Assembly: GCA_965603825.1 (NCBI GenBank)
Contig: CBFDEM010000012.1
Span: 248,001-312,000, forward strand
Source: Blepharisma stoltei ATCC 30299
Taxonomy: Eukaryota; Protista; Ciliophora
DNA: 64,000 nucleotides
Direction of reading: 5' to 3'
In this document: positions 36,073-47,748 of the stretch, in pieces
Layout: each line of letters opens with the position of its first letter
How positions within the stretch are numbered: position 1 is the stretch's first letter
Notes under the pieces: generated by a model
Told to the model about the DNA's origin: nothing
The model's database searches: none
What the model saw: the letters and a program-made list of their open reading frames with translations, nothing else
Position numbers and translations under genes: made by a program

Positions 36073-36114
36073 TATAAAAATATGACATTTTTATATATTT
36101 TTACAAATTAATGA

Positions 36115-39100
36115 TTATCTTAAATTATCTGGAGTCATTCTTGAAGACTCCGCTGGGCTTTGTCCAAACACGCTCCCTCGGCTTGGAGTTCCTTTTCTGA
36201 CCTGCCTAGTGAGTTCTTGAGTTTCTCTGTCTAGTTCACGTGCTCTTTTAACTTGGTCCATAGATTCTGAATAGGATTTTGAGAGCATGTTCCTCAGTGA
36301 CTCGATTTCTTTTTCTTTAATTGAGAGTTGGGTTTGGAAGTTTTTGCCTTGAAGCTCCATTTTGCTTTCTAGTTCTTGAAGCTTCGCTCGGATTTTTTCT
36401 TTTTCCTTCAAGTTTTCTTGTCGCTCTTCATCTCTTGCTTCTATTTCTTTAGCTGCTTCTCTAAGCTTTTGAGATAGCCTCTCCACGTCAGAGGCTTTTT
36501 GAATAGTGGAGCTTGCTGTTTTGTCTAATTCAGACTTCATTTGTCGCTCAAGCTGAGTGAGCTTAAGTTCAAACTCCTGTATGGAGTTCAAATGCTCTTT
36601 TTCTAAATAATGGGTTTCATCTTCGACTTGTCTGAACTTCTGTTTAAGTTTTAAATTCTGGTCTCTCTCGGTTTCTAAGTCAGAATAAGCCTGATCCAGT
36701 AAGTCTTGGTATCTTTTTTTAAGCTGAGTCAGTTCAGTCTCTCTAAGATTTTCAATAGTTTTTATTTGTTCTTCGAATTTTCGTTCTGTTTCATTTTTAT
36801 CTTTCTTTGCTTCTTCAAGACTCTTAAGTGCTTGCTTTAATTCACTTTCATGCTTGGTTAATAGATCCCGCTTAGTTTTATCGAGTGCGATATCTCCAGC
36901 TTGCTTAAGCTTGCTGGTTTCTTGTTTTACTTCAACTTGCAGTTTATCAAATGCTTCTGAGTTCTTTTTAAGCAAAGAATCTAGCTGACTGTTATCTCTT
37001 TCTAGCTTATTGACATTCTCTTGCAGTTCGAAATTTCTTTTTCTCATTCTTTCAAGCTCATCAATCATATTTTTTTGGTCCTTTTTTAATAGCTGAGCAG
37101 CGTTTCTCACTGCTTCTAGCTGCTTTTCTTGGATTGCGCATTTTTCTTGGTACTGCTGGATAGACATTGTTGACTGTTTTGATATGGAGTCTTCCATTTC
37201 TTGCATTTTCTGTGACCACTGTCTGTTGATTTCTTCACTGACTTCTTGGACTTTTGTATCCATTTTTTTCCTCATAAAATTCGTGGCTTCCATAAACCTG
37301 AACAATAGGTCTTGGATTGATGAATTGATGTCCTTTCTCAGCATTTGAGCTTCATTGTTGTGGAAGTTTTTTAATGCTTTGAGATCTGACCTTAAAACCT
37401 TGAGTTTTCCTTTCAACAAGTTTTTGCATCTTTCTTTAAGCTCTGCACTTTCTGCTTCAGCTAGTCCAAGCTGTTTCTGTATTAATCGCTTTTCATTGTC
37501 AGTGCAGGAAAGCTCATTGTCGTACTCATAAAGCTTATTTTTCAGCTTCATCATTTCTGTTTCATTTGAGCGCAGCGCTTCTTTAAGGTCGCTCACTTTC
37601 TTTTCATAGCCTTCTAATTCTGAGCACAAATGCTTGTTTCTGCCTTCAGACTGCAATAGTTTGCTTCTGGTTTCCATATGCCTTGCAGATTCTTCTTCAA
37701 ATTTGCTGGACTCCTCAAATCTGTTCCTTTTGGATTCGTCTAATTGGAATTTTATCGTTGTAAAGTTTTGTTGGACTTCAGCTTTTTCTTGCTGAATATA
37801 TTCAAGGTCATCTTTCAACGTTTGCAGTTCTCTTGAGAGCGTTTTTGCTTTGCTTCTTTCTTTTTCAAGCTCATCTTCTAATGATTCAGTGTTTTGCTTA
37901 ATTCTGTTTTCATATCTTTGTTGAGCAGTGGAGAGCTGCTCTTCTTGCTCTTGCAGCCTTTGCTTATAGTCCTCTACGATCCTTTTCATAGCTTCTTCTT
38001 CGCTTTCTATTTGCACTCTTTTCCTTTTTTCTTCCTCACACATTCCTTCTAGCTTCCCAATCTTTTCAAAAGCTGCATCCAGTTTCTGCAGGACTCCCTT
38101 TTTGCTTCTTTCTTCGTCTTCATAGTATTCTTTTATTTTCTGGATTTCCATTATCAGCTCTTCTTTGGTTTCTTTTTCTGTGTCCAATTGCTCTTCTAAA
38201 ATTTGTTTAATCTTATAGAGTTTTTCGAGCTCTGCCTGGTTTTCTTGGAGTCTGTTTTGGGACTCTTCTTTATAGGCGTTGATGGTTGTTTCGAGCTGTT
38301 TGAGTTGTTGCAGCTCTTTAATCATTTTTTCTTTTTCTTTTAAGACTTCTTCGAACTTCTTTTTAGGGACGTATTCTGCTTCAAGCTCAGCTATTTTGGC
38401 CTCAATTAGGATTCTTGCATCATTTTCGATACTTTTAGCCCTGTTTGTCTGTATATCTTGCTGAAGCTCAGTTATTCTCTGCTCCATGGCCTGCTGCCAT
38501 TGGCTTTGAATAGAGCTTAGCTGCATTTGATGCCGATTTTGCAGTTCAGCTTCTTTTCTTTGGCTTTCTAATAAGATTTCGTGGCATCTTTTTTCCCACT
38601 CTTCCTTAACCTTTTTGAGATCATCTTTTACTTCGCCTCTCTTTTTTTCCAGATCTTTTCTTTGCTCTTCAGAAACCTTTTTATAGCTTGCGAGCTGCTG
38701 CTCTAAGTTTTCTATAGTGTTTTTTTGTTCAATTATTTTTTTCTTGAAATGCTTTGCTCTTGTTTTATATTTCTTTTGAAGCTGGTCAAGGACTTCATGA
38801 CTGGCTTTCTGTTCAGCTTGGATTATCAGCTCCATTTTTCCTCTGTCACTGAGTATTTGGTCTCTTTCTGCTTCTAACTGCTGGCAATAATTCCTAATCC
38901 TCTCATATTCCTCGCTGATTTTTTGTACTTGCCTATTACTTTCTCCCTGATCCCATCGATTCCTTGAAAATGCCTGCTCTCTAAGCTCAAAAATTTCTTT
39001 TTTTAAGCTTCCATTTTCGTTTTCCAGCAGCTGTGTCTTATTTTTTTCTTTTTCATAATATGAATTCAGCTCTTCTAAATTTAAAGTCAGACGATGAATT

Positions 39101-39681
39101 CTTGCTTCACTTTCAAACAGCTGATCTTCCACTTTTTTCGACAAAATTCGTGAGTTATTGACGTCTTCTGATTTCTGCTGCCACTCTTTGTCTTTCCTTT
39201 TTACAGCTTCTTCAAATTCAATTCTCATGGCAGCCATTTTGCTTCTAGCTTCGTTCATTTCTCGTTCCAACTGTTTAGCTTTGATTTCTTCTGATTTTAG
39301 CCTTTGCTTTTCTTGCTCTGAAGCTGTAATTTGGGCTTTTAATTCTAAGAGCTCTTTGTGGAGATTTTCAATTGTTTGGTCGCGCTCTTTAAGCATAGTT
39401 TCTTCATATAGCTCCCTCATGCGCTGATTAACGAACTGGTCGCTAATTTCGCTTTCTTTCATAACGTGTAACACTTCGTCCGTTTGAGAAGATTCGTAGA
39501 ACTGGCGGGAATATGAAGTAATGGATTCAATCCTATCTTCATAAAGTTTTTTTGCGTACTCAAGCTGGCTATCAAAATCTTTTTGCAATGATTGCTTTAA
39601 CACTTCAATCGAGTTTTGGTTGCTTGGGTTCCAGTCACTGCCTGACTGTCTTGGTTTTCTTGGAAAGTTTTCAGCTTCCAT
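36115..39681 (-). CDS. Long coiled-coil (cytoskeletal/basal-body-like) protein, 1188 aa
   Basis: Uninterrupted ORF, almost entirely E/K/Q/L/R heptads with few prolines. Confidence 0.9.
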   Translation of the reverse strand: MEAENFPRKPRQSGSDWNPSNQNSIEVLKQSLQKDFDSQLEYAKKLYEDRIESITSYSRQFYESSQTDEVLHVMKESEISDQFVNQRMRELYEETMLKERDQTIENLHKELLELKAQITASEQEKQRLKSEEIKAKQLEREMNEARSKMAAMRIEFEEAVKRKDKEWQQKSEDVNNSRILSKKVEDQLFESEARIHRLTLNLEELNSYYEKEKNKTQLLENENGSLKKEIFELREQAFSRNRWDQGESNRQVQKISEEYERIRNYCQQLEAERDQILSDRGKMELIIQAEQKASHEVLDQLQKKYKTRAKHFKKKIIEQKNTIENLEQQLASYKKVSEEQRKDLEKKRGEVKDDLKKVKEEWEKRCHEILLESQRKEAELQNRHQMQLSSIQSQWQQAMEQRITELQQDIQTNRAKSIENDARILIEAKIAELEAEYVPKKKFEEVLKEKEKMIKELQQLKQLETTINAYKEESQNRLQENQAELEKLYKIKQILEEQLDTEKETKEELIMEIQKIKEYYEDEERSKKGVLQKLDAAFEKIGKLEGMCEEEKRKRVQIESEEEAMKRIVEDYKQRLQEQEEQLSTAQQRYENRIKQNTESLEDELEKERSKAKTLSRELQTLKDDLEYIQQEKAEVQQNFTTIKFQLDESKRNRFEESSKFEEESARHMETRSKLLQSEGRNKHLCSELEGYEKKVSDLKEALRSNETEMMKLKNKLYEYDNELSCTDNEKRLIQKQLGLAEAESAELKERCKNLLKGKLKVLRSDLKALKNFHNNEAQMLRKDINSSIQDLLFRFMEATNFMRKKMDTKVQEVSEEINRQWSQKMQEMEDSISKQSTMSIQQYQEKCAIQEKQLEAVRNAAQLLKKDQKNMIDELERMRKRNFELQENVNKLERDNSQLDSLLKKNSEAFDKLQVEVKQETSKLKQAGDIALDKTKRDLLTKHESELKQALKSLEEAKKDKNETERKFEEQIKTIENLRETELTQLKKRYQDLLDQAYSDLETERDQNLKLKQKFRQVEDETHYLEKEHLNSIQEFELKLTQLERQMKSELDKTASSTIQKASDVERLSQKLREAAKEIEARDEERQENLKEKEKIRAKLQELESKMELQGKNFQTQLSIKEKEIESLRNMLSKSYSESMDQVKRARELDRETQELTRQVRKGTPSRGSVFGQSPAESSRMTPDNLR

Positions 39682-39711
39682 TTAAATTTGTAAATAGAAA
39701 TTACCTATTAA

Positions 39712-41001
39712 TTATGGATTCATCCTATTGATGACTTGGATTGAGTAAATCAGCACTGCCAAAGGCTGCCCAATGATGCAGAAGCTCACCCAAAACACCA
39801 CGTTGCCTATCTGAGTTTTTAATAAAAATGACTTAAAGATGTCCATCACAATGATAAGCGGGATCTGCATCATCATCGCCAAGAAAGCCCAGTACGACAC
39901 AATCCTGCAAGCTCCGCTGATCAAATACTCATGGCCTACTGCAGATATAAAAAATGTTACAAACATAGCGAAATTTTTGTGGCAACCCATATTAATCAGA
40001 GGGAAATGCACATGGCGAAGCAGCCAAGAGTGGACTGGGATGTTCCACAACTTCCAGTACTCACCTAAAGTCCTAGAATTCCACCATTCTTTATAGAAAG
40101 TCCTGTCTCCAAATCGTGTCAGTTCTGCAACAATATTGGTGAAGCATTGGAATGCTGAGAAAAACATGATCAGCCAGAAGTAAAGGTTCGGTAGTGATAA
40201 TTTAAGGTGCCTTTCTAGTAGAGCAGTATAATTTATAGGCTCTTTATTAATGATAGGCAATGTATTCTGAATTAAAGGCATCATATATTGTTGAATTAAG
40301 ATAACCATAAAGGATAATGCAAGAATTCATTCAGCGATTCTTTTAAAAAGTCACGCTTTTCTAATACATGGAGATCTAGGGTAAGTGAATTGGAAGCATA
40401 GAGTTGGTGCTGTAATAAAGTAAGCAAAATGCCTTATACTGCAAATATTCGGGTATTTAGCTACTACTTCTTTTATGTCACTAGGGAATTTTTCATATTC
40501 TTTATTTTTATAACATATCCTCACTTCTGACATGACGTCAGAAAAGCTATAAAGCTTCATTGCACATATCAAAGAGATCGACAATAAAGCAGAGGCAGGC
40601 AGAGGATAAGCTTCTGTTAGAGAGACCATATAGGGTGGGACTATTAGAGTTGCACAAATATTGAGGATCATCAAAAGCTTGACCATTCCTGATGAAAGTT
40701 TCTGTGCGAGCTTTGTCTCAGTATAATATGAGATGGCTAAAGGAATAATCAAGAGAATTGCGGTGCTTAAGCAAGGCCATCCTGAGTAGTGGTTGTAAAA
40801 TTCAAAGGGAGATGGCAGCTTTAACAGAAAGCCGTACTTTAATATGTTTTCAATGATCAATCTAAAATTAGCGACAATAATTATGATTCCTCCTAGGTTC
40901 AAAAATCCTCTGTAGTTTGGAGATTCAGCCTCGCTGCTCATTAGAGATATACTCTCTTTTACATGAGGGCTATAAAGCATCACTCTGGTTGGAGCTGCCA
41001 T
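39712..41001 (-). CDS. DGAT1: Diacylglycerol O-acyltransferase 1 (MBOAT family)
   Basis: NYRGFLNL, NFRLIIENILKYG, APTLCFQFTYPRS, LERHLKLSLPNLYFWL, FGDRTFYKEWWNS, WNIPVH, SAVGHEY. Two TGA=Trp codons link the two ORFs in frame. Confidence 0.93.
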
Positions 41002-41081
41002 TTATTAATTACAACCTCCTTAATATGATATTAATTTGATATTTGCATAGACGCAATAGATAATTTACTTACTTGAAAATA

Positions 41082-43637
41082 ATGGCAGAGAACATCAGCA
41101 GGAGGCCAATTACAACTGGGCTGGATTTAGTGATCATCAAGCAGCTCTCACAACTCTTTATAGAGTTTCATGTAGAGAACCATACTAGCTCAGTGTTCTT
41201 TCTGAAATTTGCATTCAAAGATTTACAAAATGTAATCCCTGAAAATAATCAACCAATCCTCAAAGTGAGAGTCCTGCCGAATTCTGTCATGAAACTGAGC
41301 CAGCTCAACATTAAAGGCTCTTTCTCATACAAATACCAGTTCGCTTACCAGAAGCTCAATGAAAATCCAGAAATCAAAGAAATTGAAATTGATGCAGGCT
41401 TGGTTTTGCGAACAATTCAAGTCGACACAGAGCAGAAGGTCACTTTTTACCTCATCAGCCAGAGGTTTGAGCAGACTAATTTTGAGTTGACTTTTACTGA
41501 ACTTGAAGGAATAACAGTTAACGAAAATTCGGTTACATACAAAATCGAGTTAGCCCCAAAATCGACAGGAAAAGTATGTGCTTTGATATTCAATGGAGAA
41601 TGGTCATATAAATACTCTTACAAGTATTGGTATACAGCAGCACCTGTTGATCTCGGACCAATAAGACAAAGGCAAGGGCAGGAAACTTTGGAATTCAAGT
41701 CGAGGCTATATAACGTGGATGCAGATTTATTATCTATTCAAGAAGTTGAAAAAGAAATCAACACGAGGTTTACTGATCCTTATTTCCCTCCAAGTGACTA
41801 TTCAATCTATGGGACTTCACAGGTGCAAGCCAAACAAGATATCCAATGGGCAAGGCCTGAAGAGTTTATGTATGGGACAATTTCGCTTTATCAAAATAGT
41901 ATCAATATGAGCGACATAATTCAAGGAGAACTTGGGGACTGCTGGCTGATGTGCGCTTTATGTGCATTATCTGGAGAAGAAGACCGAATAAAAGATATTA
42001 TTGTAAATAAAGAAACAAGTCCTAAAAGTGTATACCAAATTTCTCTGCATAAGAATGGGGAGCCTGTGACTGTGACAATCGATGATTATTTCCCTTGCAA
42101 GCCTGGAGCTCAGCCGATTTTTAGTAGAAACCACGGGTCAGAGCTGTGGGTGCTACTACTAGAAAAAGCATATGCAAAGCTTCATGGATCTTATTATGCA
42201 CTAAAGGCAGGATTTGCGAGTGAAGCTGTAATTGACTTGACAGGGTGTGCAGCTGGAACTTATAGGCTGAGTACTATAGAAAATTTGTGGGAAAAATTGC
42301 TAAAATGGAGCCAAGGCGGCTATAAATTAGTTGCAGGGTCTGGCAAGGCCACTACAAGAAAAGATATTGTTTCAAACCACTACTATTCAATTACAAGGGT
42401 TGAAGATATTGAAACTGCAAAAATCATACAGCTAAGGAACCCATGGGGAGACTATGAATGACTTGGGGATTGAAGCGACACTTCTGAGTTGTGGACCCCT
42501 GAGCTAAAAGAAAGGCTTAACGCCAAGTTTGACTTGCATGACGGTTCTTTTTGGATGAATCTTGACGACTTCTCGTCAATCTTCAGTCAGTTGATGGTCA
42601 CAAACCTAAAAAATGAAATAGACTATCGATTCAAAACGATCATTGAGAGGAGGTACGGAGCAGCCAAATGTAAAAGTTACTGGGAAATCACAGTTAATCA
42701 CCAAGGAACTATAATCATTGGAGTCCACCAGGAAGATGAAAGATGCGAAGGGACAAAAGAGTATAGAAGGTACATTGATATTGGGCTATGCGTTTTAAAG
42801 AGAAATGGAAATCGCTTGGAGTTTATTGGATCCACACAAGGAAACCAATCTCATCGTGATATCTTTTGGGAAGGGAATTTGGATGAAGGAAATTATATTG
42901 TAATTTTATTAAGCACAGGGCTAAGTCTGCGAAGGCCACATGACGCGAAAAAGAGAATGTTCCCGCTAGCAATCAGCAGCACTGACCTGCACCCAATCGT
43001 TCGATCAACGCTAAAAGACATTTTCAGGAAATTTTCGCTAAATATACAAAATTCCTATAAGCCAAGTGACATTGAAGAAATTTTCAATAAACCAGAGTTC
43101 CTTCCTCTATGGCGGCACATGAGCAACTCTGAGTCAATTTCATCTAAATTTTTCTGCAATTCATTTCTTTCTCTTATTGACGAAGCTGGCGACAAAGTTG
43201 GTGAAGGTATAATTCAAAACTGAGGGTATGATGAAGACTTCTATAGTGTTTTTTCTAAGCCTGTTGTTGTTTCAATACAATCAGAAACTCAATACGAAGT
43301 TGTAATGCAAGAATTAGACACAAAAATGCAAGATGAAGCATGACAGAGTTACATGCACTATGTAGGAGTGATCAAGACTGATGAAGACAATCTTCAAATA
43401 AGAACTTTGCCACACTCTGATGGATGCTCACTTATGGCAATCAATTTGAACTCAATCCCTATCAAAGTTTCAATAGATATGAAAAAAGCAACAAATATTG
43501 ACTGCACAGGCGGACTGGAAATGGAGTTTACGTTGGACCCATTTCAATGTAATGTGTTTCAACATATTCAGTGCCAAAGAAATAAGGACTGGTTCACTTA
43601 TCCATTCACTTATACAATTGCTTATGTTGGAGACTAA
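41082..43637 (+). CDS. Calpain-family cysteine protease (CysPc plus domain III-like), ~851 aa
   Basis: Catalytic triad QGELGDCWLM / NHYYSI / LRNPWG. EWLGDWSD (both W=TGA) and DGSFWM follow. ORFs 41073, 42489 and 43353 share one frame. Confidence 0.93.
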
Positions 43638-43693
43638 TAATAAAGTTATTTAAAAAGATTAAACAAATAAGCATATTTTAATAATAATTGAAA

Positions 43694-45181
43694 TTATTGA
43701 GATATAGTTTTTACAGTATGAAAAATATTTGGAGCTGTTGGAAGCTTTTGTAAGGATCTGAGGCTATCTCCTTTTGATTTATCGAATTTATAATCTTGGG
43801 CAACTCTGTTCTGGCTCATGAATTCTAGTCTCTTTTTAAGCAGCCTATGTTTTTTGCCTAGTAGATTCCCATCATTCATTGTTCTTTCTTCTGTATTTTT
43901 CATGAGTTTTTTAACTTCTTCAATCTCTGTATCTTTTTGTCTAATTTCTTCTTTTAAATAAAGTATCTCATCCTTAAAATCCCTGATAATTCTTTCCAAA
44001 TTAAATAATGTTTCTGAATCCTCAAGACTCAAAATTTCTTTTGCATTTAAAAGCTGCTTTTCATATTCCTCCTTAGATAGCCTGATAACTCCATACAATT
44101 TCCTTTTTTCATTATAAGGGTCATTTAGCTCTTTTATTGCCCTCATTCCAAGCTTCAAATAATGTGCAGACTTTTCAGTGCTTCGAAATTTTGCATCAAT
44201 GGCATCATCTTTTTCAGTAATTTTATTCCAATAATCAAAAACTGCCTCCATAGTACTCATATAGCATCTATGTATCTCAAATAAAATTTTGACCTTGTCT
44301 GTGAGTTCAGAGCCAAGTGCTTCTTCGAGTTCTCCGATTGCATGAGAAAGCAAATCCAACCTTGGCTTGATCATATCTTTTACAATATCAGCAATATTTC
44401 TTTCTAGTCTATCGATTAGAGATTCTTGCTGAAAATTATAAAATTTTTCTGATTTTTGATCTATGTCTTTTATGAGAGATTTTATTCGTCCAAATATTTG
44501 GTTTTTTGACTCTTCTGCCTGAAATTGTGATTTTTCCAACTCCATTTCTGAGCTTACTCTTCGATGCGCTCTACCAGCACTCTTTGGGTTTGGGATTGGT
44601 GTATTTGCACTTGATAAGATGCGGCTATTTTTTTCTGTTTGAATTGGCTCTTTTGATGGTGATCTTGAAGGAGCTCTCTCAGTTAAAGAACCGCTAAACC
44701 TTCTTATATGCTTGATATTATTGCGGCTCAAATTTATGCTTTCAATTGAGCCATGACTTGAAAAACATAGCAAATTGTCCGCTTTTGCTGATCTAGAATT
44801 CAAATCTGGCTGGTGGAATTTATTTCAGTCTTCATTGAACTGCTGCAAAATTTCTTGATTATAATATCAATTAGGCACGATATCTTTCAATTTATCTAAA
44901 AATCTTTTCATTGCGTGACTTTTGCTAATCCCTTCAAGCTTTTGCCATTGACTTTTCATCTTTTCCTTTCTACCTTTAGCAAAATTTTCTAAGGCTTTTT
45001 CTTTGTTTGGTACTCATTCTCCATATGCAATTTTCAAGTTTAATGAATTAAGCTCATCATAGTCAGAATCCGCTAACCACGTAGGCCTTTGATTTTTCAA
45101 ATAGTATTGGGCTGCAGCGAATTGTTTCGACAGTGATCATGTCTCAAAGCCAAAAGGTTTTGTTGACGTAAGATAAAACAT
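43694..45181 (-). CDS. Protein with N-terminal divergent acyl-CoA-binding (ACBP-like) domain and C-terminal coiled coil (~495 aa)
   Basis: With UGA=Trp the ORF extends to ATG 45181: KQFAAAQYY...IAYGEW...QWQKLEGISKSHAMKRFLDKLKDIVPNW resembles ACBP helices. Confidence 0.72.
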
Positions 45182-45214
45182 TTAATTCGATTTAATATTT
45201 TTAAGATACAAGAA

Positions 45215-45490
45215 ATGAATACCAAGCTGTTGGAGTATTTTGCTAAAAATAACGTGAAAAATCTTTATGTGCTACATAAAGCTAATCAAAAAAAGAAAGG
45301 GATCTATTCATTAACAAAGCCTTTCATTGAGCCAGAGGAAATGGTCACATCATTCTTTACTAAACCTAAAATCCAAAAGACTGAAGAAGAAGAGTTCGTT
45401 GAAGAGTTCATCAAAGTGAACGATGATATAAGCAAGAATACAGTCAATCATAATAAGGACTCGTTTGACTCAAGTTTTGACATAAAATAA
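45215..45490 (+). CDS. Small uncharacterized protein (91 aa)
   Basis: ATG to TAA ORF with coding-like composition that fills the gap between neighbours. Confidence 0.6.
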   Translation: MNTKLLEYFAKNNVKNLYVLHKANQKKKGIYSLTKPFIEPEEMVTSFFTKPKIQKTEEEEFVEEFIKVNDDISKNTVNHNKDSFDSSFDIK

Positions 45491-45548
45491 ATTAGCAATT
45501 TGATTGCTCTGCTAATAAATATCCATAATCTTATTAAGAAGAAATTAT

Positions 45549-47165
45549 TTAGGACTTCATCTGTAGTCCTGCACTAGGCATGTATTCTGTCAAGACTGCT
45601 TTCAGCTTCTCGTCAGTTTCCTTTGACAAAACTCCTTCATTCCTAATCGCTGCCAAAATGTCTGGGTTTCGTGTTTTTAAAGTTTCTAAGAATCCTTTCT
45701 CAAACTTGGCAATTTCTGAGGTAAGTACGTTATCGAGGAATCCTCTGACACCAGCATAAACCACGCAAACTTGCTCTTCAGCAGCCATTGGGACGTATTG
45801 TTTTTGCTTCAACAACTCAGTAAGTTGTGCTCCTCTGTTAAGTTGTCTTTGGGTAGCTGCATCCAAGTCAGACCCGAATTGGGCGAAGGCAGCGACTTCT
45901 CTATATTGGGCCAGTTCAAGCTTCAAGCTACCAGCGACCTGCTTCATAGCTTTGATTTGAGCTGCACTTCCGACTCTGCTGACAGAGAGACCGACGTTGA
46001 TGGCTGGGCGGATACCTTTGTAGAAAAGCTCAGTTTCTAAGAAAATCTGACCGTCAGTAATAGAAATGACATTAGTTGGAATATAAGCTGAGACATCACC
46101 AGCTTGAGTTTCAATGACTGGCAAAGCTGTCAAAGATCCACCTCCGTATTTAGCGTGCATTTTAGCTGCTCTTTCTAGAAGTCTTGAGTGAAGATAGAAG
46201 ACATCACCAGGGTAAGCTTCTCTTCCAGGAGGCCTTCTCAGCAATAGTGACATTTGACGATAAGCAACAGCTTGCTTACTAAGATCATCATAAATAATAA
46301 GAGCGTGCTTCCCATTATCTCTGAAGTGCTCTCCAATAGCACATCCTGCGTAAGGTGCTAAGAACTGCAATGGTGCTGCTTCTGAAGCAGTTGAAGCCAC
46401 AATGATTGTGTATTTCATAGCATCGTGTTGGGTGAGACTCCTGACAATGTTGGCTACAGTTGATCTTTTCTGTCCAATAGCTACGTAAATGCAGTAAAGT
46501 CTGTTCTTTGCTTTGGTTTCATCTTCGAAGTTTCTCTTCTGGTTAATAATGGTGTCAATAGCAATAGCGGTTTTGCCAGTCTGTCTGTCTCCAATGATCA
46601 ACTCTCTTTGACCTCTTCCAATTGGGACTAAAGAGTCGACTGCCTTGAGGCCAGTCTGCATTGGCTCGTGGACTGATTTTCTTGGGATGATCCCAGGAGC
46701 TTTGAGTTCAATTCTTGCTCTTGCCTTGGTTTTGACTGGGCCTTTGCCGTCAATTGGGTTGCCAAGTGAATCAATGACTCTTCCTAACAGTTCTTCTCCT
46801 ACTGGGACGTCCACGATAGTTCCGGTCCTTTTTACGACGTCTCCTTCTTGGATTTCTCTATCATTTCCAAGAACGACAACACCAACGTTGTCGCTTTCTA
46901 AGTTAAGGGCCATTCCTTTGACTCCAGTTCTGAATTCAACCATCTCTCCTGCTTTGACCTTCCCTAAACCATAGACTCTGGCAATACCGTCTCCAATTGA
47001 AATCACAGTTCCAAATTCATTCAAGTCGTTTGTTTGGGTGATTTTTGCCACTTTTTCTCTGAGAATTCCAGCAGCTTGGTTGATGTTGATCTTGCTGGAG
47101 AAGCGGGCAGCAGGCTGAGCTGACATGAGAACCTTGGTGCTGAGTGATGCTACTCTTCTTAGCAT
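45549..47165 (-). CDS. ATP1: Mitochondrial ATP synthase F1 subunit alpha, nuclear-encoded with presequence
   Basis: [39 protein letters not shown]; Arg/Ser-rich N-terminal targeting peptide [11 protein letters not shown]. Confidence 0.99.
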   Translation of the reverse strand: MLRRVASLSTKVLMSAQPAARFSSKININQAAGILREKVAKITQTNDLNEFGTVISIGDGIARVYGLGKVKAGEMVEFRTGVKGMALNLESDNVGVVVLGNDREIQEGDVVKRTGTIVDVPVGEELLGRVIDSLGNPIDGKGPVKTKARARIELKAPGIIPRKSVHEPMQTGLKAVDSLVPIGRGQRELIIGDRQTGKTAIAIDTIINQKRNFEDETKAKNRLYCIYVAIGQKRSTVANIVRSLTQHDAMKYTIIVASTASEAAPLQFLAPYAGCAIGEHFRDNGKHALIIYDDLSKQAVAYRQMSLLLRRPPGREAYPGDVFYLHSRLLERAAKMHAKYGGGSLTALPVIETQAGDVSAYIPTNVISITDGQIFLETELFYKGIRPAINVGLSVSRVGSAAQIKAMKQVAGSLKLELAQYREVAAFAQFGSDLDAATQRQLNRGAQLTELLKQKQYVPMAAEEQVCVVYAGVRGFLDNVLTSEIAKFEKGFLETLKTRNPDILAAIRNEGVLSKETDEKLKAVLTEYMPSAGLQMKS

Positions 47166-47748
47166 TTTAATGGCTAAAATTTATTATAAGATGACTTGAA
47201 TTATGAACTAACGATCATTCTTAGCTATCCAAGCAGGTTTTCAATGTCTTTCTTACTTAATCATACTGAAATGAAAATCTATATCATAAAAATATTTCAT
47301 TAATTATGTTGAAATTTAAATTTGGCCCATATCAAATGATAAAGAAAAGGAAATGAAGACTGGCTTAGCTATCGTCATGCAAACTTTATAGCATTGAGAG
47401 ATATTGATTGCAGCTAATAAAAGAAGCTAAAATGAAGGATTCATTCAAGCATGTAATTAAAGTAGTTGAGCAAGTATTAAGGAAAACGAATTTTTTGAGA
47501 GATGAGCTTATTCTGAAAGAATTGAAAGTGATTCTTTGCTTTTTAATTTGAATTTCTTGCTAAGAATCATTCTTGAAAACGTAGCATGACATTGCATATT
47601 TCTTATATATTTTGCCCAAAATTCGGCACATAGCTGGGCTTGATGCAACATTATCGAAAAGTAAGTGCAACTCAAATAAGTCCTTAATTGCGATGAAAGA
47701 CTCTATAAGCCTTAATATAAAGTTTGATATTAAAAGGTAATAATAAAA

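Noticed and set aside
35407-41001. Stop-codon read-through fusion of the three tandem minus-strand genes (gaps of 30 and 42 nt are multiples of 3)
   Set aside because: Both gaps contain a second in-frame TAA and no GT..AG tiny intron that could bypass them.
45549-47165. ATP1 as a mitochondrial DNA insertion or bacterial contamination
   Set aside because: It has a mitochondrial presequence and sits in normal nuclear gene context. Nuclear ATP synthase alpha is expected in ciliates.
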